A DNA stretch of 60,569 nt from Candidatus Woesebacteria bacterium (GCA_020060845.1 JAGUZK010000043.1:1-60569), one strand, 5' to 3'. Shown: positions 10,488 through 21,009, counted from the stretch's first letter. Numbers and translations are program-made. The notes: generated from the sequence alone by a model not told the origin.

Positions 10488-10685
10488 ATGTCACCAACTG
10501 ACCCACAATTCTTGTATATGATTTTGATATTGCCTTCTCTTTTTGGCTTGACTTTGATTGGAGATGGCATCAATAAAGTCGTACACGAGGAATCTGGGGG
10601 AATTATCAGCGTTGTTTTCGGTCTTATTTTTATAGGGGTAGTGATTGCTGCCTATGTCTTTTTTGCATCCTTTCTACAGGCATAG
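10488..10685 (+). CDS. Small two-TM membrane protein
   Basis: 65-aa ORF with two hydrophobic segments. Confidence 0.45.
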   Translation: MSPTDPQFLYMILILPSLFGLTLIGDGINKVVHEESGGIISVVFGLIFIGVVIAAYVFFASFLQA

Positions 10686-10753
10686 GAATCTGTCTTTCCG
10701 AGTCTAACTTGGGGTATTCTTCTTATCAAACTTAGGGGATATAATAACAACAA

Positions 10754-12487
10754 ATGCTGTTTAGTGAGCTTTCTTGCTACTTAGAGAAACTTGAAGCTAC
10801 GTCATCGCGAATAGAAATTACGGAGATTTTAGCTGAGCTGTTCAAAAAGACTAGCGCTAGTGAAATAGATAAAGTTTGTTATCTGGTTTTGGGGTACCTT
10901 GCTCCAAGTTACAGAAATATTGTTTTTTCGATTGCAGAAAAGACGATGATTCGCATTTTGTCCCAGGCGTATGAATTGGAGGAAAGTGAGGTATTGGCTG
11001 TATACAAGGAATTAGGAGATCTAGGGGGAGTTGCTTTTAAGCTTGCCGGTATGCAAAAAAACTCCCGTCGCCGGGAGCTTAGTGTCAATGAAGTCTATGA
11101 GAAACTAAAAGAAGTAGCCCTTGAAAAAGGTGAAGAAAGCCAAGAAAGAAAGGTAGACAAGATGGCCGCTTTCTTGAAAGAAATGGACCCGCTTTCAGCA
11201 AAGTTTATTTCTCGTATTCCCATAGGAAGGCTTAGGCTTGGGTTTTTGGATAAGACAATTCTTGATGCTCTTTCATGGTTTGAAACTGGGGGAAAAGGGA
11301 AAAAGGTTGGACTTGAAAGGGCATATGCTGTACTTCCTGATGTTGGGCTTTTGGCAAAACAAGTTAAGATCTACGGGATTGATAAAACGGTTGCGGATAT
11401 TAAACCGGTTGTTGGTGTACCACTTCTCCCAATGCTAGCTGCGCGTCTTAAGTCTCCGTCTGAGATGATTGAGAAGATGGGTGAAGTAGCCGTCGAGCCG
11501 AAATATGATGGTCTTAGGATCCAGATCCACTTCAAGAGGGGTGGTTTTGATGACGGCTCGGAAGTTAAAGCATTTACCAGAAATCTGAATGAGGCTTCGT
11601 GGATGTTTCCGGAGCTTAATGATATTGGCCGCTTTCTTAAAGCTGACGAGGTAGTACTTGATTCGGAGGCGGTTGGGGTTGATGAGAAGCGCAAGACCCT
11701 TGCCAATTTTCAGACAACGATGACCCGTCGAAGAAAATATGATATTGAAAATATCTCAAAAAAAGTAAAAATCCGTTTCTGTATTTTTGACTGTATGTAT
11801 ATGGATGGGAAGAGTTTAGTTGATAAATCTTATCTAGAGAGAAGGGCGGTCTTATCAAAAATTCTAGTTGAGTCTCCCTCTTTTGAAAATGTTTTGTACG
11901 AGGTAACTAAAGATCCAGGAAAGATAAATGCCTTGATGCTAAAGAATATAAAAGAAGGCAAAGAAGGAATAATTGTCAAGAGAGTAGATAGCGGATATGT
12001 TGCAGGTCGTACTGGATGGAGATGGGTGAAGATGAAGGAAGAGGAAGGATCAAAGGCAAAATTGGCTGATACAATAGACGCAGTTGTAATGGGGTTTTAC
12101 AAAGGGCGTGGCAAAAGGGCGGATTTTGGTTTAGGAGGTTTTCTGGTAGGGATTTTGGATGGTGAGAAAATTGTGACATTGACAAAGATAGGAACAGGTT
12201 TGACAGATGAACAATTCCGACAGTTGAAAGACAGACTTTCGGGATTGGGGGCGGTAGAAAAGCCGAGAGCATACGCCAAGGTTGATAAATCTCTGATCCC
12301 TGATGTCTGGGTTTTGCCTGAGGTTGTTGTCGAAATTGCAGCAGATGAGATTACCCAGAGTCCTATTCACTCAAGTGGTTATGCGCTTAGATTTCCACGC
12401 CTAGTGCGATTTAGGGAGGACAAGTCTCTTGGGGATATTACAACTCTTTCTGAAGTTAAAAAGCTCTTTAGACTCCAAAAAAGCTAA
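10754..12487 (+). CDS. lig: ATP-dependent DNA ligase (archaeal/eukaryotic type)
   Basis: Adenylation motif I EPKYDGLR, plus downstream motifs (LDSEAV, EGIIVK) and an OB-fold-sized C-terminus. Confidence 0.9.
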   Translation: MLFSELSCYLEKLEATSSRIEITEILAELFKKTSASEIDKVCYLVLGYLAPSYRNIVFSIAEKTMIRILSQAYELEESEVLAVYKELGDLGGVAFKLAGMQKNSRRRELSVNEVYEKLKEVALEKGEESQERKVDKMAAFLKEMDPLSAKFISRIPIGRLRLGFLDKTILDALSWFETGGKGKKVGLERAYAVLPDVGLLAKQVKIYGIDKTVADIKPVVGVPLLPMLAARLKSPSEMIEKMGEVAVEPKYDGLRIQIHFKRGGFDDGSEVKAFTRNLNEASWMFPELNDIGRFLKADEVVLDSEAVGVDEKRKTLANFQTTMTRRRKYDIENISKKVKIRFCIFDCMYMDGKSLVDKSYLERRAVLSKILVESPSFENVLYEVTKDPGKINALMLKNIKEGKEGIIVKRVDSGYVAGRTGWRWVKMKEEEGSKAKLADTIDAVVMGFYKGRGKRADFGLGGFLVGILDGEKIVTLTKIGTGLTDEQFRQLKDRLSGLGAVEKPRAYAKVDKSLIPDVWVLPEVVVEIAADEITQSPIHSSGYALRFPRLVRFREDKSLGDITTLSEVKKLFRLQKS

Positions 12488-12492
12488 TCCGC

Positions 12493-13440
12493 TTATAAAA
12501 GTTTGGCTACTATTTCCATTATTAGAAAGAAGGAGTAGATTGAAAGAAGTAGTATTCCTTCAAGTCTTGATATCTCACTTTTACTCTTTAAAAAGTAGGA
12601 AAAGACAACTACGGATATTGTAAAGAAGAAGACACTGGTTAAAAATACATCAGTTTCCTGTATCTTTATGGGATGAATTAGACCAAGTAGTGCGATTATT
12701 AGTGAGTTGGTTGAAGCGCTTCCGAGTACGTTTCCTCCAACTAGTGAGATACTGCCTTTTCTTACCGCTGAAATAGATACGGAGATTTCTGGGAGATTGG
12801 TCCCAATAGATAAAATTAGTATCCCTACAAGAAGGAGTGATAATTTAGCTTTACTAGCAATGAAGATTGCAGACTCAACCGCAAGCTTGGATGAAAGTGC
12901 AACTATCAAGATGGAGCCCAGAAGGATAAGAATATGTTTTAGTAATTTGCCCTTATTTGCAGGCTCTGGGGTATATACTTTTGATTTTCGCTTGTCTTTG
13001 TAGATTTTTGCGATATATAGGATGTAGCTTGCGAGTACGAGAGTAGCATCCGCTCTGCCAAAATAATTATCATAAAAAAGAGCTAGAGGAAAAAGTAGGA
13101 TGAAGTTTGCGGCAAAAAGGTCATTTTTGGTGAAGCTAGAGTCTATATGGACCTTGCCTGTCAACAAGGCTGATAAGCCAACAATCAAAGTAAGTAAGAC
13201 GATTGTTGCCCCCATCAGATTACCAAGTGATAGCTGGGGGTTTTTATCTAACGCGGAGTTAATGCCAATTAGAAATTCTGGGATTGAGGTAGCAACCCCA
13301 AGAATTAAAAATGAGACAGTAAAGGTACTCCAGGAGAGTCTTTGAGCTATTGTTGTCAGTTGTTTGATTGCAATTTGAGATGCTTTTCCGACGAATACAA
13401 GACTGAGGAGAAGACAGGATGAAAAAAGAAGGAAAGCCAT
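12493..13440 (-). CDS. Ca2+/Na+ antiporter (CaCA/YrbG family)
   Basis: Polytopic membrane protein with two alpha-repeats (GVATSIPE..., IGTNLPE...). Confidence 0.8.
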   Translation of the reverse strand: MAFLLFSSCLLLSLVFVGKASQIAIKQLTTIAQRLSWSTFTVSFLILGVATSIPEFLIGINSALDKNPQLSLGNLMGATIVLLTLIVGLSALLTGKVHIDSSFTKNDLFAANFILLFPLALFYDNYFGRADATLVLASYILYIAKIYKDKRKSKVYTPEPANKGKLLKHILILLGSILIVALSSKLAVESAIFIASKAKLSLLLVGILILSIGTNLPEISVSISAVRKGSISLVGGNVLGSASTNSLIIALLGLIHPIKIQETDVFLTSVFFFTISVVVFSYFLKSKSEISRLEGILLLSIYSFFLIMEIVAKLL

Positions 13441-13640
13441 ACATATATATTATGCAATCCCGTACTACCAATTCAATCTCAAAAACGATTGGGTCTGAAA
13501 ATTTTGGATGGATTATGCTGGCCTATGAAAAGGTTTGATGGATATGATTGTCAACTTGGGTCCTGGGATTTCTTATTCCATTTCTAATTTTAGGCGTAGT
13601 GAAAATGTGCTAAACTTTGTTTAGTAAGTAGGATAAGGGG

Positions 13641-13994
13641 GTGATAGAGATGGCGGAAAATAGTACCAAGTCGGTAATTGCTGGGCTTAGTAAGACTACT
13701 GCGGCAGCACTCTCGTATGTGTTGGGTCCGCTAACTGGCGTATTTTTTTATCTTATGGTTAAGGATGAATATGTCCGCTTTCATGCTGCCCAGTCAATTG
13801 TGGTTTTTGGAATTGTCATTGTTTTGCAGTGGGCGTTTACAATTACAATTGTTTTGGTGACCTTGGTTCCTCTTCTTTCGATAATTGCATTTATATTATG
13901 GCTAGTGCTTATTTATAAGGCTTGGATGGGAGAGGAGTGGGAAGTTCCATTGTTGGGAGTATATGCAAGGAAGTTAACCAAGAAGGTCAAGTGA
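13641..13994 (+). CDS. DUF4870-like membrane protein
   Basis: VRFHAAQS motif followed by TM helices. An ATG at 13650 may be the real start. Confidence 0.6.
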   Translation: MIEMAENSTKSVIAGLSKTTAAALSYVLGPLTGVFFYLMVKDEYVRFHAAQSIVVFGIVIVLQWAFTITIVLVTLVPLLSIIAFILWLVLIYKAWMGEEWEVPLLGVYARKLTKKVK

Positions 13995-13997
13995 GTT

Positions 13998-14747
13998 GTG
14001 GAAAAGGGCAGGAGAGAAATGATTAGAGTTATTAGGGATAAGTATGGTCTTAATAACAACTTAGTGCTGTCGGTTTTAGAGAAAATTCCTCGGGAAAAGT
14101 TTGTTCCTCGAGAGCACCGAGCGGCTGCATATGAAGATAAGCCTCTGGATATAGGTTTTGGGCAAACCATTAGCCAACCCTATACTGTTGCCTTGATGAC
14201 CCATCTTTTATTGGCTGTAAGGCCCGGGGTGGCACCTCGCAAAGGAGAAAAAGTGTTGGAAATAGGCACAGGAAGTGGGTATCAGGCAGCGATTTTATCA
14301 AAACTTTTTGGCAAAGTTTATACAATTGAGATTATTCCCGAGCTTGCCCGAAGAGCAAAAAAGACTTTGAGAGAACTTGGATTTAGAAATGTTTTTGTCA
14401 AGATAGGAAGTGGGGAGTGGGGTTGGGAAGAACAAGCTCCCTTTGATGCAGTTGTCATCACGGCTGGAATTGAGGATGAAATACCAGAAAGACTTTTAGA
14501 ACAGCTAAAGAGTGGAGGGGTTTTGGTAGCGCCTGTGGGGAAGGGGTATGACAAGGTGATGACAAGGTATGTAAAACTTAAGACCCCAGCCTACTGGCAC
14601 GAAGGCAAGACCCAAGGCTCAAAAGTCAAAGTTAGTGAAGAAGAAGTTACAAAGATTGTAAGACTTGGTGGTTCTTGTTATCAAATTCAGGAGTTTGGGA
14701 CTTTCCACTTCGTGCCATTTGTGAAAGGATCAGATACATTAGATTAA
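13998..14747 (+). CDS. pcm: Protein-L-isoaspartate O-methyltransferase
   Basis: TISQPYTVALM and VLEIGTGSGYQAA SAM-binding motifs. Carries an extra ~25-aa segment near the C-terminus. An alternative ATG lies at 14019. Confidence 0.85.
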   Translation: MEKGRREMIRVIRDKYGLNNNLVLSVLEKIPREKFVPREHRAAAYEDKPLDIGFGQTISQPYTVALMTHLLLAVRPGVAPRKGEKVLEIGTGSGYQAAILSKLFGKVYTIEIIPELARRAKKTLRELGFRNVFVKIGSGEWGWEEQAPFDAVVITAGIEDEIPERLLEQLKSGGVLVAPVGKGYDKVMTRYVKLKTPAYWHEGKTQGSKVKVSEEEVTKIVRLGGSCYQIQEFGTFHFVPFVKGSDTLD

Positions 14748-15026
14748 CTCTTTTAGTTTCTGTCTATATCTAAGATTTCCAGAGGTTCGCCGCTTAATTT
14801 ACAATTCTGGCAAACAGGGTTACCTCTTACTGTACTAAGACACCCAGCGAAGAAGGAATAACCCCTCTTGACAACGAAAATATGAGGTTGATTTCCCGGG
14901 GGCACACTACAGGAATTTTTCCCTCAATGACTTGAGTTATTGGATATGGGATTTTTTCGGTCATATAAGTTGCAAGTGTATTACCTGTTTAACATTTGTC
15001 AATCTTGGCATGCTAAAATCTAGCTT

Positions 15027-15623
15027 ATGAAGTTAACTATTGGGCTGGGAAATATGGGGGGAGAGTATAGGTATACCCGGCATAATGTTGGGTATAGGGT
15101 GGTGGATGCACTGGCAATGGAAATTCAAAGTTTAAGATCTCACCCAACTGGCAGCCAGATCAGAACTCAGGAAAAAGAACTAGAGTTTAGGTACGATAAA
15201 AAACTTCAGTCTTTAGTCCTAACGCTTCTGCAACCTGCAACCCACAATCCACAATTAATTCTTGCAAAGCCGGCAACATTTATGAACATATCCGGCATCG
15301 CAGTGAAAAAGTTAATTACTCATTATAAAGTTAATGCCAAGAATTTGTGGGTTATTCATGACGACTTAGATATTCGTTTAGGGGAGTATAAGATCCAGTT
15401 CGGAAAAGGTCCCAGAGAGCATAGGGGTCTTCTGTCAATCTATGAAAAACTTGGAACTAAAGACTTTTGGCACGTAAGAATTGGAGTTGACAATCGGGGC
15501 TCTGATAATCGTACACCTGGCGAGAAATATGTTTTACAAAAATTTACTGAAGAAGAACTCGCATTTCTAAAAGAAGTATCTCTAGAAGTCACTAAGGAAT
15601 TGTTAAATAGGCTTGCGATTTAA
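15027..15623 (+). CDS. pth: Peptidyl-tRNA hydrolase
   Basis: GLGNMGGEYRYTRHNVGYRVVD N-terminus. Contains an internal insertion relative to typical Pth. Confidence 0.85.
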   Translation: MKLTIGLGNMGGEYRYTRHNVGYRVVDALAMEIQSLRSHPTGSQIRTQEKELEFRYDKKLQSLVLTLLQPATHNPQLILAKPATFMNISGIAVKKLITHYKVNAKNLWVIHDDLDIRLGEYKIQFGKGPREHRGLLSIYEKLGTKDFWHVRIGVDNRGSDNRTPGEKYVLQKFTEEELAFLKEVSLEVTKELLNRLAI

Positions 15624-15651
15624 TAGGAGGTTATGCTAACTTCCTTTTGTT

Positions 15652-15927
15652 ATGGCTGGTGATTTTGTAAAAGTTGGAGATGTTCTAAGAAAATTCAAAT
15701 CTGATAAGGATAAGTATATCTCTTATGAATTCCAAAAGTATGGTTATGAGCTTGCACGCGAGTTGGGAGATCTGAAAAATACGTCCCTTTATATAAAACT
15801 TGCAAAAGAAACTCCGAGAGGCTTATTGGAAGACGCCCGAAGTTTTGTTAAGGACGCCAAAAATGTTAAATCCCGGGCAAAACTTTTTATGTGGCGATTG
15901 CAGCAGATAAAGAAATCTAGCAAATAA
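15652..15927 (+). CDS. Hypothetical protein
   Basis: 91-aa ORF with no recognised motif. Confidence 0.4.
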   Translation: MAGDFVKVGDVLRKFKSDKDKYISYEFQKYGYELARELGDLKNTSLYIKLAKETPRGLLEDARSFVKDAKNVKSRAKLFMWRLQQIKKSSK

Positions 15928-15935
15928 TTTTTTTT

Positions 15936-16901
15936 ATGGTTGCCGTCAATTGGGTTGATTTAGTCATAATTTTAGTTCTTATATATTTTGTACTTGAAGC
16001 TTTTAAGATTGGTTTCTGGGTGACGTTGGCTGATTTTGGATCATTTTTGCTTTCTCTTCTTCTTTCGCTTAGGTTTTATGGGCCTCTTGCTGAAGTTTTT
16101 AGAACCAAGCTATCGGTTCCTTACTCTTTTTCAAAGGCTTTGGGATTTTTGTCTGCTGCCTCTTTTTCTGAACTATTTTTGGGCTATTTGTTTGTCCTGG
16201 GCGCTAAAAGAATACCTCATTCTCTTTGGAAAAGTAGGGTTGTTAATTACCTAGCTTTTTTCCCCGCAGTTGGCGAGGGGATAATTATTTTGTCATTTCT
16301 ACTAACATTGTTATTGGGGCTTCCAATTTCTGATGATGTTAAGAATTCAGTGACTCAATCCAGAATTGGCGGCTACCTCATAAAAAATACTACATTTCTT
16401 GAGAGAAAGACGAAAGAAGTCTTTGGAGGGTTGATTGAAGATTCGCTGACCTACTTTACTGTTAAGCCTGGTTCGCTAGAGGTGATACCTCTTAAGCTGG
16501 GAGAAGTCAAACTAAGCATCGATCTTGATAGTGAACAAAAGATGCTTGATCTTGTAAACCTTGAAAGAAAAAAGGCTGGAATTGGTGAGCTGATTGCTGA
16601 TGATAATTTGAGACTAATAGCAAGAGACTATGCCAGGAATATGTGGGAAAGGGGGTATTTTGGACATTATTCGCCAGAGGGAGAGGATGTAGGTGATAGG
16701 CTGGAGGAAAAAGATATTCCTTACACGATTGCCGGCGAGAATCTTGCCCTTGCACCAACGGTTGGTACTGCCCACACTGGACTTATGAGCTCTGAGGGCC
16801 ACCGCAAAAACATACTTAATTCTGATTTTCGCCGCTTGGGTGTAGGGGTAATTGATAACGGTATTTATGGGAAGATGTTTGTTCAGGTGTTTACAGACTA
16901 G
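15936..16901 (+). CDS. CvpA-like membrane domain fused to CAP/SCP (YkwD-like) domain
   Basis: N-terminal polytopic region. The C-terminus (ARDYARNMWERGYFGHYSPEG...GENLA...GHRKNIL...LGVGV) is typical of CAP domains. Confidence 0.7.
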   Translation: MVAVNWVDLVIILVLIYFVLEAFKIGFWVTLADFGSFLLSLLLSLRFYGPLAEVFRTKLSVPYSFSKALGFLSAASFSELFLGYLFVLGAKRIPHSLWKSRVVNYLAFFPAVGEGIIILSFLLTLLLGLPISDDVKNSVTQSRIGGYLIKNTTFLERKTKEVFGGLIEDSLTYFTVKPGSLEVIPLKLGEVKLSIDLDSEQKMLDLVNLERKKAGIGELIADDNLRLIARDYARNMWERGYFGHYSPEGEDVGDRLEEKDIPYTIAGENLALAPTVGTAHTGLMSSEGHRKNILNSDFRRLGVGVIDNGIYGKMFVQVFTD

Positions 16902-16913
16902 ATAGCCTAAATT

Positions 16914-17255
16914 ATGGTATCTGCTTCTAAAGTTGGCATTTTTAAGAGTATTTATCAGGTTGTCAGACAAATACCCTGCGGGAAGGTTAGCACTTATGGA
17001 AGGGTTGCTGCAAAAGTGTCAACAAGAAGCGATTTTTTGGATCTTGGAGTGAGAGTTACCCCGAGGATGGTTGGATGGGCACTCCACGCGAATAAAGACC
17101 CCAACACTCCCTGCCACAGAGTGGTAGATAGAAATGGAGAACTTGCTCCAAGCTATGCATTTGGTGGTTGGAAAACACAGAGGGAGAAGCTGGTTTCTGA
17201 GGGAGTAGGGTTTTGGGGTCAAAGAAAAGTCAATTTGGATAAGCATCTTTGGTGA
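16914..17255 (+). CDS. MGMT-family methylated-DNA--protein-cysteine methyltransferase DNA-binding domain protein
   Basis: IPCGKVSTYGRVA and the active-site-like PCHRVV motif. Confidence 0.75.
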   Translation: MVSASKVGIFKSIYQVVRQIPCGKVSTYGRVAAKVSTRSDFLDLGVRVTPRMVGWALHANKDPNTPCHRVVDRNGELAPSYAFGGWKTQREKLVSEGVGFWGQRKVNLDKHLW

Positions 17256-17298
17256 TGATTGCCACTTGAGGAGAAGCAACCCAGTGATGTAAATTAAA

Positions 17299-17832
17299 TT
17301 GATGAAAAAGGAGTTGGGGCTTCATCTAATGTATGTGCTGGCAGTTTTTGGGCTTATTGTTGTTGTCAAAAGTTGGTTTACACTGGATTTGGTTGTGCCG
17401 TTTTTTGTTGGAGGTATAATAGGGACATTTTTTCCCTATCTTGATTATCTAGTATATGCATATCTACTAAAGCCGTCTTCTGCCGGCAATGATGGTTCCT
17501 CCCTTGCTAGAGGTACAATTTTGGAGATTATCAGGAAATACCATGGTGATAAAAGTATTGCCGCAGATCTCGTTTTTCACTCGGCTTTATTCCAAGCGGT
17601 TTTCTCGGTCTTTACTTTTTTTATTGTTACCTCATCTGCCAGCCTTTTGGCAAGGGGCATTGTTTTTTCATTCTCGATGCATCTTATCCTGGATCAGGTT
17701 AACCAGTATGTCAGAACGAAAGATATTGAGTCTTGGTTTGCTCGCTTTCCTATTGATCTCGAAGCTGGCCAGAGGCTAACATTTGTTGTTGGGAATGCGG
17801 TTTTGTTGTTTGTTTTTGCATTGTTTTTTTGA
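17299..17832 (+). CDS. Hypothetical polytopic membrane protein
   Basis: 177 aa with several hydrophobic helices. Confidence 0.5.
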   Translation: MMKKELGLHLMYVLAVFGLIVVVKSWFTLDLVVPFFVGGIIGTFFPYLDYLVYAYLLKPSSAGNDGSSLARGTILEIIRKYHGDKSIAADLVFHSALFQAVFSVFTFFIVTSSASLLARGIVFSFSMHLILDQVNQYVRTKDIESWFARFPIDLEAGQRLTFVVGNAVLLFVFALFF

Positions 17833-17876
17833 GTGGGGTTGATCTTGAGAGAAAAATCGGTTAGACTAATATTTCC

Positions 17877-18593
17877 ATGGAAGATCTAAGTAGAAAGCAA
17901 AGAAGAAAGCTTATCCGCGAGCAGAGAAAGCTTGAGAATGAAACAAAGAGGGGTCTATCCAACTTAAAAAAGATCTTTCTTTTATTGTTTGGTGTCTTTG
18001 TGCTTGCCTTCTTGGGTATGAGGACATACAAGTGGTTAGTTACTCCAACCCCTCAAGTTTCGGGGGTTGCCACTCAAGTGCAGGATGGTGACTGGTTCAA
18101 AGGAAGCTCAAGCGCGAGCTTGACCCTAATTGAGTATAGTGACTTTCAATGCCCTGCATGCCGATCATATGCGCCTTTGGTGAAAAGAGTTGCAGATGAG
18201 TACTCCCAGTCGCTAAGAGTAGTCTACAGGCACTTTCCACTTAGCCAGCATAAGAATGCTTACAGTGCAGCAAAGGCTGCTGAAGCAGCTGGTTTGCAGG
18301 GAAAATTTTGGGAAATGCATGACCTGCTTTTTGATAGGCAAGATGAGTGGGCAGATGATTCACAAGTCTTAACTACATTTGAAGCTTATGCGAAAGAGTT
18401 AGGCATTGATGTTGAAAGATTTAAGAATGACTATAAGAGCCAGGAGACAAGTGATGCAGTAGATGGAGATATTTCTTTAGCTAATTCGATTTTTGTAAAT
18501 TCCACACCAACATTTGTGTTTGAGGGCAAGAAAGTGATAATCAGAAGTTATGACGATGTCAAAAAGATGATCGAAGAAAAATTAGGAAACTAA
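17877..18593 (+). CDS. DsbA-like thiol:disulfide oxidoreductase, membrane anchored
   Basis: Single N-terminal TM segment and a CPAC redox motif in a thioredoxin-fold context. Confidence 0.8.
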   Translation: MEDLSRKQRRKLIREQRKLENETKRGLSNLKKIFLLLFGVFVLAFLGMRTYKWLVTPTPQVSGVATQVQDGDWFKGSSSASLTLIEYSDFQCPACRSYAPLVKRVADEYSQSLRVVYRHFPLSQHKNAYSAAKAAEAAGLQGKFWEMHDLLFDRQDEWADDSQVLTTFEAYAKELGIDVERFKNDYKSQETSDAVDGDISLANSIFVNSTPTFVFEGKKVIIRSYDDVKKMIEEKLGN

Positions 18594-18791
18594 TGGAGAA
18601 ATTTTATAACCTGATTTTTCAACGATCTTCTTGATTTCGCCTTCATCTATTCCTTGTTGTAATTCGATTTCCAGTGTGCACTTGTGGTAGCTGCAACTGC
18701 CTTTTACTCCCGCATCTTCAAGGTCCAGTTCCAGCATCTTTGCACACGAGTCGCAGTGCATTCCTTCAATTTTGTAGATTCTTTTTTTCAT
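18582..18791 (-). CDS. copZ: Heavy-metal-associated (HMA) copper chaperone
   Basis: GMHCDSC metal-binding motif in a 69-aa protein. Confidence 0.8.
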   Translation of the reverse strand: MKKRIYKIEGMHCDSCAKMLELDLEDAGVKGSCSYHKCTLEIELQQGIDEGEIKKIVEKSGYKISPLVS

Positions 18792-18796
18792 TTATT

Positions 18797-19825
18797 TTAT
18801 ATTACATCAAAAGTTCCGGAAAACATTCCCATAGAGCAAGTATAGGTCAATCTTCCAGTTTTTCTAGGAGTGAAGGTAATTTCTGTTTCGCCCGATTCTG
18901 GTAGAAATTTGCTAATGTTATATTCAGGGATTGTAAAGGCTCGTACACAACCGAATGTGTTGTCTGTTTTGACTTTTAACTTGACTGGGACTCCGGCTTT
19001 TAGTGTTCTAACGTTTGATTTATATCCTTTTGAGGAAACTATGATTTCAGCTTCTTGATAGCCGTTTGTTGTTTCGGCTAAGACGTTGGTGGAGGGTGCA
19101 CTGTTATTACCCGAGATCACTGCCCAATAGTTTTGAATAGTGTGAGCCGATCCTCGCAAGATCTGTCCTGTGTTGAATGAAAGGATTGCCAGGGTAAAGA
19201 TTGCAGTTGCAGCTAGGTATCTGAGTGCAGGCCTTTTCAAGATTTCACTTGACGCTATCCCCAAACCAAAAAAGACAGGTGTTGTGCCAAGTGTAAAAGC
19301 TCCGAGTATTAATGCTCCATAAAAAGGATTTCCGCTGGCTACGGATAGGATCATCATGCTTTGGGTTACCCCACACGGAATTAATATTGTCATTACCCCC
19401 AATATTAGTGAGGAAATTAGCCCTTCATTTCGACTCTCTCCTCTGAGGATTTTGAACACACTTTTGGGGGGAGTGAAAGTTAATTGTCTAAATAGAGGGT
19501 GGAGGTCAAGAAGTTTTCCAACTGCGATAAGCATGACAAAACCCGCAAAAATTTGCATCCACCCCTGGGCTTGTGGGGATATTATTAAAGACGATCCAAT
19601 TAGTCCAAGTAGTCCACCTAATATGGTGTATGCAATAGTCTTTCCCAGGATGAAAGCCAATACAGCCTTTCTTTGACCGCCCTTTTCTTGGTTGGCAAGC
19701 GAGCTTGCCAAAAGCCCGCCCTGTACCGCAAAGCAGGAAATTCCCCCTGAGGTTAATCCGGTAATTAACGCTAGCCAGACCTGGTTCATGAGGTATATTT
19801 TGTCAGAATAGACGCTCTCATTCAA
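18797..19825 (-). CDS. TauE/SafE-like or CcdA-like membrane permease fused to a C-terminal cupredoxin-like domain
   Basis: Polytopic N-terminus (GLTSGGISCFAVQGG). The C-terminus (TYTCSMGMFSGTFDVI) parallels the ORF at 23793-24146. Confidence 0.6.
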   Translation of the reverse strand: MNESVYSDKIYLMNQVWLALITGLTSGGISCFAVQGGLLASSLANQEKGGQRKAVLAFILGKTIAYTILGGLLGLIGSSLIISPQAQGWMQIFAGFVMLIAVGKLLDLHPLFRQLTFTPPKSVFKILRGESRNEGLISSLILGVMTILIPCGVTQSMMILSVASGNPFYGALILGAFTLGTTPVFFGLGIASSEILKRPALRYLAATAIFTLAILSFNTGQILRGSAHTIQNYWAVISGNNSAPSTNVLAETTNGYQEAEIIVSSKGYKSNVRTLKAGVPVKLKVKTDNTFGCVRAFTIPEYNISKFLPESGETEITFTPRKTGRLTYTCSMGMFSGTFDVI

Positions 19826-20070
19826 TAGCTATTTGGATAAGGACTGATTATTTTGTTTCGATATTGAATCTAAGCACAAGTAAGATGTAGTTTCTTCCTT
19901 CATGGCGGGTTGAATTGAGATGGATTATTGGATAGTGAGTGCAAGTGAATCATTCAAGTGGAGTCGATTTTTTTGTGCTTTTGCAACTTTGGTTGTTAGA
20001 CATGAAGACTTCTAATTAGTAGAGTTGCTAGGGTTTAGTGGCTGGAGGGGATTAGGAAATTAAATAAGTA

Positions 20071-20126
20071 TTGACAACGGTCATTTTGAGTATAATATTA
20101 GATATATCCCCTATGGGGGGATATAT
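20071..20126 (+). promoter_or_regulatory. Sigma70-like promoter plus CsoR-type operator palindrome
   Basis: TTGACA (20071-20076), then TAATAT/TATAAT (20091-20098). A 10-bp inverted repeat ATATATCCCC/GGGGATATAT (20102-20111 / 20117-20126) abuts the csoR start. This is the G/C-tract palindrome style of known CsoR operators. Confidence 0.55.
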
Positions 20127-20424
20127 GAAGATGAATACAAGGCTCTATGCACAAGAACCAACCAAGGGAAAAATTCTTCACAGGCTAAGAATTGCAAGGG
20201 GGCATTTGGAGAAGATTATTGCAATGGTTGAAAATGACGCTTATTGCGTAGATATAATTCACCAGTCTCAAGCGGTACAGTCTGCCTTGAAGAAGATTGA
20301 TGAAGTGATACTCCAAAATCATCTTAAATGCTGTGTGCTGGATGAGGTAAGGAAAGGAAGAATAGACGAGGAGAAGGTAATATCTGAGATAGTAAATATA
20401 TTTCAAAAGTCTCAAGCCCAATGA
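20125..20424 (+). CDS. csoR: CsoR/RcnR-family metal-sensing repressor
   Basis: RLRIARGHLEKI...CVDIIHQSQAVQSALKKI...LKCC contains the Cys/His/Cys ligand pattern. ATG 20125 was chosen over the upstream TTG 20071, which coincides with the -35 box. Confidence 0.8.
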   Translation: MKMNTRLYAQEPTKGKILHRLRIARGHLEKIIAMVENDAYCVDIIHQSQAVQSALKKIDEVILQNHLKCCVLDEVRKGRIDEEKVISEIVNIFQKSQAQ

Positions 20425-20930
20425 AAGACTTGAAAATTTTCATAGCAACTTTAGTCTTTTCTATGGTTCTGATAGTTGGTTTTGCTCTTCTTTCTAGTCG
20501 AGATGATGGAGGGGAAGTGCTTGTTGCCGGTCAATTGGTGGAGGGAATTGAAGCAAACCCAGATTATTACGATCTGGGAGAGGTTCCAATAAATGGTGGG
20601 ATAGTAACTAAAGAATATGAGATCAAGAATGTAAGCGGCACAACTGTTAAGCTTAAAAAGATAGCAACGTCCTGTATGTGTACCAAGGCCTCGTTTGAAA
20701 TAGGAGGGAGAAAGACAAAATTTTTTGGCATGGAAGGGCATGGAGACAAAAACCCGCCCGTTAACATAGAGATTCCAAGTGGCGCTTCGGGAAAAGTTGT
20801 TGTCCAATTTGACCCTGCAGCTCATGGCCCGAAGGGCTTAGGGTCATTTGAGAGAAGCGTTTATCTTACCTTTAGCGATCCCGCGGGAATCAAAGAGTTG
20901 AAGTTTGATGGTAGAGTTATTGCAAAGTAA
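20421..20930 (+). CDS. DUF1573-like secreted/anchored protein
   Basis: N-terminal TM segment and an Ig-like region with the SCMCT motif. Confidence 0.6.
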   Translation: MKDLKIFIATLVFSMVLIVGFALLSSRDDGGEVLVAGQLVEGIEANPDYYDLGEVPINGGIVTKEYEIKNVSGTTVKLKKIATSCMCTKASFEIGGRKTKFFGMEGHGDKNPPVNIEIPSGASGKVVVQFDPAAHGPKGLGSFERSVYLTFSDPAGIKELKFDGRVIAK

Positions 20931-21009
20931 TTTGCAACAAAAATGGTAAAAGTGTGATCGATAAAATATGCATGACTTGGTTATTGGGGTTTGGAAATTG
21001 TGATCTTTT

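Noticed and set aside
14757-14960. Minus-strand small Cys-containing frames (…CSVPPGN…CQNCKL…) between pcm and pth that might encode a zinc-ribbon peptide
   Set aside because: The ATG-initiated frame stops after about 44 codons. The CxxC-containing frame has only a GTG start. The two do not join without a frameshift, so support is too weak.
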